From: Octopus vulgaris
Lineage: Eukaryota
DNA: 64,000 nucleotides
Direction: 5' to 3'
Assembly (NCBI GenBank): GCA_951406725.2
Contig: OX597818.1
Location: forward strand, 107,570,001-107,634,000
Both the position numbers and the translations under genes were made by a program. The notes beneath the pieces were generated by a model, which was given only the letters and a program-made list of their open reading frames with translations, was not told where the DNA came from and made no database searches. Shown here in pieces: positions 52,930 through 64,000 of the stretch. Numbering within the stretch: position 1 is the stretch's first letter; each line of letters begins with the position of its first letter.

Positions 52930-53320
52930 GCCATGCAGTCTTAATTGAGAAAGAAAGCAAGTGATGCTGGATCATAGATATAGTATACCCAGCTGACAAC
53001 AAGGTATGTGATAATGAAGAAAGAAAAGTCAAGAGATATGACAGGTTAGCTTGGGAGGTTAAGCAGTTGTGGTTGATGGAAAATGTGGTAGTAGTACCAA
53101 TAATTGTCAGAGCCCTGATAACAGCAAGTAAAAAGTTTTAGAAGTACATGGAATAAATAGGGGCTGCGATAAGGGTGGAGCACTTGCAGAAAACAGCACT
53201 GCCTGGAACCGCTCAAATACTCCGGAAGAGTGCTCGAAAAATAAGAGGTGTTCCCTTAGTTCACTGTAGTGAACAGCTGACACTGTAGTACATCTCCAGA
53301 GTTAGAAGCTGTGCAAAGGC
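52930..53320 (+). mobile_element. 5'-truncated R4/Dong-like 3' end, same family as 1430-1970, in (TAA)n
   Basis: VLIEKESK*CWIIDIVYPADNKVCD..RYDRLAWEVKQLW..PIIVRAL..LQKTALPGTAQILR. Ends AGAAGCTGTGCAAAGGC-(AAT)n, as in the copy at 1430. Confidence 0.85.
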
Positions 53321-53385
<65 letters not shown>

Positions 53386-54899
53386 CATTTGTATTGGCCA
53401 TGACGCTGCTCACTATGATACAACAAATAGTTAAAATAGCTTGCAATTTGGGAAATAGTCAGATAAATCATCCCCTTTTCATGGATGATATAAAGGTTTA
53501 TGCACAAACAGAGAAACAACTTGAAAGTCTTGTACATACTATCTGCATTTTCTCAAATGAGGTAAGTATGGAATTTGGGATAGGAAACTGTGCTATATTG
53601 AAAATGAAATGAGGAAGATTTGAAAGAAGCCAGGGAAATGAAATGCTAAATAGGCTAACAATGAGTGTGGTTGAGAAAGGTATAAATACTTGGGGATACT
53701 GGAAGCAGACGAGATAAAAAAAATGAAGAAATGACACAAATTACCAGTAGGGAGTGCATGAGGAGAGTCAGAAATTTAATTCCAGTCAAAACTGAATTCC
53801 AAAAATGTTATTGAAGTAATAATTTCAAGAGCAGTACCCTTAATCAGATATGGAGTTGAAATTATAGGCTGGACCAAAAGCAATATAAAGAAATTTGACA
53901 GAAAAACTAGAAAGTTGTTGATAATGCATGGAACCCACCATCCAAAAGCTGATACCAACCAGTGAATTAAGAACTGGTGATGAAGCACAAAATAGGAGGA
54001 AAGGACAAGAATGACATACGAAGAGAGCACATCAGAAAGATTGAAGAGAAACGTCTGCATGGCCAGTTTTGGAGTGCCACAGAAGACGTAGGTGGAAGAA
54101 GAAATTCTGGGCTTGGTTAAAAAAGAGGGTAATTAAAAAAAATAGAAACAGAGAGCCTAATTGTAGCAGCCTAAGATTAAGTGATAAAAACAAACAACTT
54201 GAGAAAAAATATATATATAGAAAATATGTGTCAGAAAAGTGTTAAGTCTGTGGAACTTGGAATGAGATAGTGGCACACATTGTGACAGAATGCCCAAATT
54301 GGCACTGGAAGAATATAAGAAATGGAGTCACAACCAAGTTGTAAAAATTTTACACTGGGAACTGTGCCAGAAATGGGGATTTGAAACTGGAAACACATGG
54401 TACAATCATCGAGTGAAAAGTGTATTGAAGTTGGAGAAATGCAAGATTTTGTGGGATTTTGCTATTCAAACAGACAAGATATTAGAAAATAATCGACCAG
54501 GTATAATGATCATAGATAAGGAAAAGCGAAGTTGTTTACTTATTGACCAATCATGCCCATCTGATTCCAGAATCATAAAGAAAGAGGAAGAAAAATACGA
54601 TCCCTTAAAGTTTGAAATAGGAAGAATTTGGAGCATGCAAACAGTAATGGTCATACTTATAGAAATTGGTGCCTTGGAAACGGTAAGCCAAGATATAGAC
54701 AAAATGGCTGAGACTGGAATGCTTGGTAAAGCTTCTGCAGAAAGTTTGTCTCTTAAGGGACCGCAAGGATTATCAGGAGTGTTCTAAGCACTGGAAAGAC
54801 TGCCAAAAGTTTGTGGATACCTAAGGTTACAGGTAGTAATCCACTAACCACATAAATCCTACCAGGAATAAGACCGAACCTAAGTCAAACGAAAACAAT
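53386..54899 (+). mobile_element. Decayed R4/Dong-like retrotransposon: RT core, CCHC zinc knuckle and REL endonuclease
   Basis: INHPLFMDDIKVYA..MEFG..CA (53394..53612), YLG, C*VCG..E..AHIVTEC, HNQVVKILHWELC..KILWDFAIQTDK..NNRPGIMIID..LLID (54290..54787); several frameshifts. Confidence 0.88.
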
Positions 54900-55979
54900 A
54901 GTTTCAAATGTTGGCACAAGGCCAGCAATTTCGGAGGAGGGGTAAATTGATTACATCAACTCCAGTGCTCGATTGGTACCTCTTCTACTGACCCTGAAAA
55001 GGATAAAGTACAAAGTCAACTTGAGTGGAATTTGAACTCAGAATAGACAAAATGCCACTCAGCATTTTGCCTGACATGCTAACGAATCTTACAGCTGGCA
55101 AAGAACATTAACTGATGATAAGCTTTATGTTGTAAGAAGTATTAGTGGAGAGCAATGGAGAGTAATGGAGAGTATTAGTGGAGAGGAATTTAACTGAATT
55201 TTTAGCTTTTACTATTTATTTTCATTCACACTTTGCATGTTTATTGTGAAAATAAAAGAACAACAACACTAACATCAACACCATTAACATTTACCAATAT
55301 TTACAGCAACAACACTAACAGACAAATAGAAAAAGAGAAAATAATTATTTCCTAATAATAATAATTTCAATTAAGGATGTCAAATATTGTTGTTGTTGTT
55401 CTTAAGCGGAAAGAAAATAACACTTTCTTTGCAGAGAAAAGAAGCAAATTACAAGAAAAAATTGTAAACTGAAGCAAAAAAAAAAGAAAAAAAACCAGAA
55501 AAACAGCAAGTAATTTTAAATAAACGCAAATGAATAAATATTCACTTTGACCCAAACAAGATTTGAAGAAATTCGGTAATGCTATCAGAACATTACTGCT
55601 TTCAGAAAATATTGTCAGGGCAATGATGAAATCATTACATTTCAAACGAAATTCTCATTAATCGGAGTAGCGGGTAATTTTGATTTCATGTTATCGAGTT
55701 AAGTGGATGAGTCATGAAAGCGAAGTCATTCGGACATGTAACCATAGCAAGCTGGTACAAGTCTGTGCTATAGATTAAATAATTGAAACAGTGGAATCGG
55801 TTTTATTGCGTGAGGAAGAAGGGAAGTCTAACGTTTTCCAGAAGAAACCTTCCTAGTGAAAAGAAAGTGTCAACTGGGAGTAGCAAGGAGGAGGAGGAGG
55901 AGGGTTGGGAAGGTGGGAGGGGGAGGAGAGGAGGGGGAATGTAAGAAGTGTCAGAGAAAGAAGTAACAATGCTCGGAGA

Positions 55980-56014
<35 letters not shown>

Positions 56015-56305
56015 AAGAAAACGACAGCAGATGTGAAAGTGGCTGAAGAGAGAGAGAGAGAGGGAAGAGGAAAATGGGGGAGAAACATTATTCAGACATA
56101 CAACCACATATAAATGTGCATACACACACACACACACACACATGCACATACACACACACACGTATGCACACACATGCACACATACGTGTACACATATGCC
56201 CATTATGCACACCCACACTTGTATGTGTGTGTGGATATATATATATATACATACATATATATATGTATATATATATATACACACACACACTCATATACGT
56301 ATATG

Positions 56306-56339
<34 letters not shown>

Positions 56340-56347
56340 CATATACG

Positions 56348-56378
<31 letters not shown>

Positions 56379-57107
56379 TCATATACGTATATGTATATGT
56401 ATATATACATATATATGTGTGCATGTATGTACATATATATATGTATATATACATATATATATGTGTGTGTACATGTATATATATATGTATATATATGCAT
56501 ACATATACATATAGATGTGTGATTACACATAAATATATGTATGTGTGTGTATGTATAAATGTATACATGTATATATGTGTATGTAAATGCAGGTATATGT
56601 ATGTGTGTGTGTGTGTGAGTGTGTGAGTGAGTGTGTGTGTATGTGCATTGCACTCACGCATAAATATTAGCTAGAAGTAATATAATTGGAATTGTTACTA
56701 ATAACAATAACGAACGTGCTAAGATATATCTTAGATTTTTTGTTTTCCTGAATCACCAAAAAGGATTAAGTAAATATTTCTAAATAGGTAAACCATAACA
56801 TCTCCCTCTACTTTTAGAATTATTCTCTACCATTGCCAGTGAGTGTGTGAACCATTAGGGTGCAATAAAAGAAATATTATTATCATCATTCTCGTTGTTG
56901 TTGTTGATGTTATTGTAGAACACCAGACAAAGTGCTTGATAGCATCCATTCATCTTTACATTCCAGGTTCAAATTCTGTCTAGCTCGACTTTGCCTTTCT
57001 TACTTTTGGGGTTGATAAAATAAGTAATCAACTTAAACCCTTCCCACAAATTTCAGGTGTTGTGCTTTGAGTAGAAAGGATTATTTTTATTATTATTATC
57101 ATTATCA

Positions 57108-57678
57108 GGAGTGGCTGTCTGGTAAGTAGCTTGCTTACCAGCCACATGGTTCCGGGTTCATTCCCACTACATGGCATCTTGGGCAAGTGTCTTCTACTAT
57201 AACCTCAGACTGAGCAAAGCCTAGTGAGTGGATCTGGTAGATGGAAACTGAAAGAAGCCCATTATATGTTTGTTTGTCTGTGTATAGTTTATTGATAAAT
57301 AATAGAACTAAAAGCCAACCACATGGTTCCAAGTTCAGTCCCACTGCATGGCACCTTGGGCAAGTGTCTTCTGCTATAGCCTCAGGCCGACCAAAGTCTT
57401 GTGAGTGGATTTGGTAGACAGAAACTGCAAGAAGCCCATCGTATATATGTATATATATGTATGTGTGTATATGTTTGTGTGTCCATGTTTGTCACCCCAC
57501 CATTGCTTGACAACCGATGGTGGTGTGTTTACATTCCTGTAACTTAGTGGTTCAGCAAAAGAGACTGATAGAATAAGTACTAGGCTTACAAAGAATAAGT
57601 CCTGGGGTTGATTTACTCGACTAAAGGTGGTGCTCCAGCATGTCCACAGTCAAATGACTGAAACAAGTAAAAGAGAGT
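57108..57678 (+). mobile_element. Dimeric SINE family B (5' half, linker, then near-full copy)
   Basis: Same linker (TATAGTTT..TTGATAAATAATAGAACTAAAA) as the 9565-10188 array; ORFs 9777..10037 and 57135..57344 are nearly identical. Confidence 0.85.
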
Positions 57679-58039
57679 ATCATCATTATTAGCTTCAGTA
57701 CAAAGGATGCTGTAAGCTTTTGACAAAATCTTCCCTTTTCCACCTTTTGGGATTCTTCTTTGCTTAATTGGCATTGATTAATTTGAGGTTGAGCTCACCA
57801 ACTGATTCTGGATATATTTGTTTTTACATAGCGAGACCCCCAATTGCAATGTCTGACATTTAAAATTTATCCAAAGTTAGGAAATCCTAACTTTATGCTA
57901 AAGAAGATGGAGGTGAAGGATTCCATAATAATGTTAGAAGAGAGTAAGAGAGTGAAAAATGAGACAACAAAGAAAATGAAATGAAAAAATAATTACTGAT
58001 GAAAATTCTCAAATGTCCAGGGAAAATATGAAAAGCAAA

Positions 58040-58640
58040 AAGAGATAAAAATTACAGAAAAAGAAAACTCAACATAAAATAACAAAAACAGAAGAGGAAC
58101 AATTTTTTCTAAACAGAAATGAAATCCCTTCAAAGGAAAATAACAAAAAAAAAAAATTAAAAACCTTAAGAGGCTGAAGATAAATGAAGATTGATTGTTT
58201 TTCAAAAAATCAAACAAACAGAAAATAGGCAAAATTATGCATCTTTGATGCCACAAAATTTCTGCAGAAGTATCAATGACACAAAAAGATTTAGGTTCAG
58301 AATATAAACAACATGATAAAGATAGCCTGTTTGTAAAATTAAAATCAGGTCATTTTACTGAATTTAAAAGAAAGTACTATCAAGCTGATAGTGTTTTACA
58401 ACATCGGATACCTTTAAAATGGTCACTTGAACACAATTTGAGAAACGGCTAAGCAGATAGATATGTTGTGTACCTAACTCAACCCAACCAGAAAAATCTC
58501 TGTGTTTTATTTCCTTTGTTTCTTGTTTTAATTATTTTGTTTTATTGTACTTTTAAAAAATTCATTTCTGTGCAGATATGTGCATATATGTTTTCCCATG
58601 TGTGCATATTTATTCCAATAAATATATCTATGTACACACG
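58040..58640 (+). repeat. Old dispersed repeat, diverged copy of ~18080-18660
   Basis: Collinear blocks; both copies give TYLHRNEFFKS on the minus strand in the ORF track. Confidence 0.7.
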
Positions 58641-61484
58641 TGTGTATATGTATGCATACATGGGTGTGTGATAAATGTGTAGGCACATGTGCATGTGTGC
58701 GTAATTGCTTCCACACTCTGTGATGTTCTTTCTTTGTGGCCCCCAGGAAATATTTCAATTTTTTGTCACTTTTTGAGACCCCGGGGCTAATAAGAACAAG
58801 ACTTTGATCCATCATCATCATCAACATCATCATCATTTAACGTCCGCTTTCCATGCTGGCATGGGTTGGACGGTTTAACTGAGGACTGGAAAGCCAAGAG
58901 GCTGCACCAGGCTCCAATCTGATTCGACAAGGTTTCTACAGCTGGATGCCCCTCTCCACACCACTGATGTTATCCAAAGGAAAGGCAAAGGCCATGATAC
59001 AGCTTGGCACCAGTAACATTGCAACTCGTTTCTACAGCTGAGTGAACTGGAGCAACTTGAAATAAAGTGTCTTGCTCAAGAACACAACACACAGCCCAGT
59101 CCGGGAATGAAACTAACAACCTCATGGTAGTGAGCCTGATACTCTAACCATTGAGCCATGCACATTCACTGATAGCAATTACCATATGTATATAAGAATG
59201 ACATGAACAACAGTAGGAATCTTCTAACCCTTCTACACACAGACTTGCACCAAGTATTGAGTTCTTTTGATTTCATGCCAATAAAAATAAGATTGAAACA
59301 GATGAACGGCGCATAAGAATTATTATATATTTGAAAGAATTTAAGTGGAAATGGTGTCATGACACATATCAGAACAATGGCGGTGGAATATTTGTAAACA
59401 TTCTTAGAGCTCTACAGGAATAATATGTTTCTTAATTGTTTGTTTATAGAATTGATTTGCTGTTCGTAAATTAAAACAATAATCTTTATTGCTTTTTATA
59501 ATATAAAGTATTTTGTTTTAATCTCCATCGATTTACTGTTCTCTGCGTTGATTATTTTACAATTTAATTTCAGATAAATTCATCACGGAAAGGTAGACAT
59601 AAAAGGTAAGTGGATGCAATAAGGTATTCAAAGAATGAAAATATTTCATGATGGAAATACTTTGGAATTAATTTCATACATTCATATCAAACATTGATAA
59701 CAGTTTTCAAGGTTTGCTGTTATTTATTCAAAGAATTCAGATTTTTCTTCTTATTCCGAACCACCATTGATTAAAGATTCGGCAGTTCAGTAAAGCTGTT
59801 ATTACTAGTTTATATATATTACATACACACACACACATAAATATATAAAATATAAATTATTATTACTATATATGTATATATATATATCATCATCATCATC
59901 ATCATCATCATCGTTTCATGTCTGCTTTCCATGCTAGCATGGGTTGGAAGATTTGTCTGAGGGCTATCAAACCAGATGGCTGAACCAGGCTTCAATCTTG
60001 ATCTGGCAGAGTTTCTACAGCTGGATGCTCTTCCTAACACCAACCACCCCAAGAGTGTAGTGGGTGCTTTTTACATGCCAGTCAGGCGGTACTGGCAACG
60101 ACCTCGCTCGAATCTTTTACACATGCCACCAGCACAGGTGCCTGTAAGGTGATGCAGGTAACAATCACGCTTGAATGGTGCCTTTTACGTTCCACTGGCA
60201 CATACTATATATATATATATATATATATATATTCTTTGCGCCATACTCTTTGCATCCGTCTATCCTCAACTGTGTCAGGAACTGACAAACCCATTCATCT
60301 CTCCAATCCATCTCCCTCTTGGAACTAGTCCATGATGGAGAGAAGATGTAGAGGATGTTGCCTGCTGAAGAGCAGTGAGTACGGATGGAGGAAAGAAAAC
60401 AGGGAAGAGATAGAGATGAGCACTTGAACAAACCAGTACATCCCCCATATCCCCCTCCCTCTCCCTCTCTCTTTTGATACACATACACACACACACACAC
60501 ACACACGCACACATGGCATAGTTGTGGACTTCAGAAATATACTTCCCAGTCACGCAGTTTTTGCTTCAGCCTCCAGACCATAATACAAGCAGTGCTGTCC
60601 ATTTTCATTCTTCCTTGTCTGGTGATGGAGAAATGTTACTTTGCTTGGGAACAGGTGAGGGTTATTGACAGAAAGGGCAACCAGTTTTTATTTAACAAAA
60701 TGCTTCAGTAAATTCACTCCAACCCATGTAAGCATGGAAAAGAGAAGACCAAACCAACAAGGATGGTATGCACAGTCTTTCTCCTTTCTGATCCATTGTC
60801 CCCTTTTTTTATTGCATTGCGTTCTTCATTATATATTCCCTACCACCATCACTATCACTACCACTGCCACCTCCATCACCCCACCACTATCACCTCCATT
60901 ACCAGCATTATCACCACCACCACCCAGTGTAATTAAATTTCCATTGATGCCTATGTGTCCAACAGGGTAGTAATGCTTTGCTTATTTTCCTTTCATTATA
61001 TTTATTCTTTGAATGTCTTTGGTGAATCTTTTGGTACCAGAGTGAAATGCATTATTCTCCAAGAAGAAGCATTTCTATTTTTCCAAAGCATCTTCCCCTG
61101 CTTTTCCTGATATGATTTATTTAAGCTTCACTTTTGCTTCAAGAACATTTTTTCCTATATCAATAGTTTTTGCTTTCTGAGGCCTTTTTCTTTCTCGCAT
61201 TAAACCCATTTTTTCCCTTTCACTTTCTATTGATAAGTCTTCCCTTTTCTTTTACACGATTTTCTGGAATATCTTGCCATTTTTTGAATGGAATTTGGAT
61301 GAACATCTGATTTTGTTAAGATCAAATCCAGTTTCCCTCAATACTATCGCTTTTACAGAACAGCCCAGTTCATTTAGTCTGATAATATTTGGACTGTTTC
61401 CATGAACAGAATTTCATGCAGGGCCCTCAGAAACATAAGAACATCTGAAAAATGTCTCTTGCAGTATTTCTTCAGGTTCAAAGA

Positions 61485-61865
61485 GGACAAGCTGGCAGAA
61501 AAGTTAACACGCTGGGTGAAATGCTTAGCGATGTTTCATTTGTCTTTATGTTCTGAGTTCAAATTCCACCAAGGTCAACTTTGCCTTTCATCCTTTTGGG
61601 GTCGATAAATTAAGTACCAGTTGCATGCCAGGATCGATCTAATCGACTGGTTCCCTCCCCCAAAATTGTGGGCCTTATACCTAGAGTAGAAAAGCGTATT
61701 TCTTCTGGTTCTTTACATTTAAAGTTCAAATCTCACCAAAGTCAGCTTGGTCTTTTCACCTACTGGGGCTGATAAAATAAAGCAACCAGCTAAGTACTGA
61801 GGTTGATGAAATTGGTTGAACTCTACTCCAGGAAGTTTTCAGTCTTGCACCTAAATTAGAAACGT
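61485..61865 (+). mobile_element. Two SINE family A copies
   Basis: GCTGGCAGAA..CTGAGTTCAAATTCC..CTTTGCCTTTCATCC..AAGTACCAG. Confidence 0.75.
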
Positions 61866-62352
61866 TCTCTGACGTTTCTAAGTGAAAGCGAGGATGGAGA
61901 GAGAATTATCTTGATGAACTTATGAAAAGATGGGTGACTGTAGCAAAAATGGTGAGGGTGAATAGCCCTTCCCTAAATATGCACCTGCAGATTGGAGAAC
62001 ACGAGAGAGGTCTCGAACTTTTAGTGGTCAGGGTAATCCTGGCCCTAGCTGGAGTTCCTTGATTGGCCCCAGCTGGAGTTCCTTCAGTGTCAGGAGAACT
62101 GCATCGTTCATGTTATCTCATACTTTGTATACCTTTCTTTTATTCTTTTACTTGTTTCAGTCATTTGACTGCAGCCATGCTGGAGCACCACCTTAATGGG
62201 TTTTAGTCAAAAAATTGACCGCAGCATGTATTCTTTGTAAGCCTACTATTTATTTCATCAGTTGCTTTTGCTGAACTACTATGTTACGGGGAGATAAACA
62301 CATCAGCATCGGTTTTCAAGTGCTGGTTGGGAGACAAACACAGACATACACA

Positions 62353-62391
<39 letters not shown>

Positions 62392-62490
62392 TGACTATTG
62401 AATAATTGTAACATATTATTTTATAGATAAATTTCCTCTATTTACATAATATTGAGGTCTCTTTCTTTCTTTTGCTATCTTACCGTTTTT

Positions 62491-62542
<52 letters not shown>

Positions 62543-62588
62543 TGTATGTATATATATATATACATATACATATATATATATATGTATG

Positions 62589-62651
<63 letters not shown>

Positions 62652-62696
62652 GTGTGTGTATATATGTATATATGTACATATATATATATGTATATA

Positions 62697-63797
62697 TCTC
62701 TATATATATAAAACTGAGAATGTGTGTTTGTCTGTCTGTCTGTCTGTGTGTTTCCCTAAAACTTGAGAATTACACAACCAATTTCATTAAAATTTTACGC
62801 ATGCCTTACTTAGGGTCCATGTAGTTTCATGGGACAAAAAAAATGTTCAACTTCTTGCCTAGAGCGAGCCCATAGCAATATCATATCTTCTCCACTATTT
62901 CAGTATTACGTGTTAAAAGTGTAACAAAAACATTTCTCTATTTTATGTCAGATACTTTCACTTTAACAATAAAAATGATAATAACAATTGAATTATATGT
63001 AGTAAGTAATAATTAAAATCAAACTAAAGTATAATATAATCGTAACATCACAAAAGTAAAAATAGCAATTGGTATAAAATTGCATCAATGACTTGAACTT
63101 GAATAAGTGGTTTCACATGAATGGGAATAAATAAAAAATAAAATTAAGGCGCAGAAATGGAATAGTCCATTAGATTAAAGAAAAGACTATTGTCTATAAA
63201 GTATACAATGTAGAGAAAAAAAAAAGATTTGAACACCTGAAGGAAAGCACCATCGAAATGTGTCTTGGTGCAACTATGAAAGATATCAAGTATCTAACTA
63301 GAGGCGGTAAATTCGCCACAATAGAAGCAAGGTTCGAGTCAACGGGGCGTGCAAGGGAGTACTCGACTCGAACCTTGCAAAGTGGAAATATTTTATTTTA
63401 TTTTATATCTGTGACGTAGGACGTCCCGGATAATATTAAAAATGTCCCCCCAGAATGTCAAGTTGAGTCAAGTTGTCACTAGAGTTTGAGAGTGACTTCT
63501 AAGCAGGTTTCATTGCATCACAGGGGTCAAATATGTTGGTAGTGATATTAAGCCTGGTCAGCTGTCAACTTTGTGCAACACAACTAAAATGCTGTCAGGA
63601 GTGCAGAGGTGACCCACACCATGTTGTCCGGTGGGGCCCGGGGGGGGGGTAATCCGATGATCACTGATATTCACAAGGCTACACTAGAGCTGTAATCCCT
63701 CCCCCACCACACACAGACACTCAGGAAGCAGAATGAAAGATCAGTCAGACTGATGGTACAAAGCAAATGGTCTACTTGCTACACACGGGGTAATAGA
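62697..63797 (+). mobile_element. Non-autonomous Helitron/DINE-1-like element (3' end uncertain)
   Basis: Begins TCTCTATATATATAAAA, then (GTCT)n, then AAAACTTGAGAATTACACAACCAATTTCA, an architecture typical of non-autonomous Helitrons. Confidence 0.55.
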
Positions 63798-63805
63798 AGC
63801 CATTA

Positions 63806-64000
63806 AGGGGGAGAGCTGGCAGAAACGTTAGCACACCAGGTGAAATGCTTAGTGGTATTTCGTCTGCCGTTACGTTCTGAGTTCAAATTCCGCTGAGGTC
63901 GACTTTGCCTTTCATCCTTTCGGGGTCGATGAAATAAGTACCAGTTACGCACTAGGGTTGATCTAATCGACTTAATCCGTTTGTCTGTCCATGTTTTGCC
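63806..64000 (+). mobile_element. Young SINE family A copy cut by the window end
   Basis: GAGCTGGCAGAAACGTTAGCAC..CTGAGTTCAAATTCCGC..CATCCTTTCGGGGTCGAT..AAGTACCAG. Confidence 0.85.

Overview
This is AT-rich, microsatellite-dense animal genomic DNA. Its repeat families look like those of a coleoid cephalopod, probably Octopus; this is inferred from repeat content and not verified. No intact protein-coding gene is evident: most listed ORFs are read-through of (TA)n, (TAA)n, (CAT)n and (CA)n tracts. Recognisable content: decayed R4/Dong-like non-LTR retrotransposons in (TAA)n, two nested CR1-like LINE ends, a mariner fragment, a non-autonomous Helitron-like element, many SINE copies from about four families and a few weak candidate exons. 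The standout is a nearly perfect 5.7-kb palindrome (arms 18991-21800 and 21916-24726, 115-bp spacer). Each arm ends in an intact minimal type I hammerhead ribozyme (HHR) motif facing outward. Three smaller fold-back repeats (9.4, 29.4 and 45.1 kb) also carry or abut HHR-like motifs, one behind a tRNA-like Pol III head. Together they suggest non-autonomous Penelope-like/retrozyme elements that integrate as snap-back palindromes. Repeat boundaries were read by eye and are approximate unless stated.
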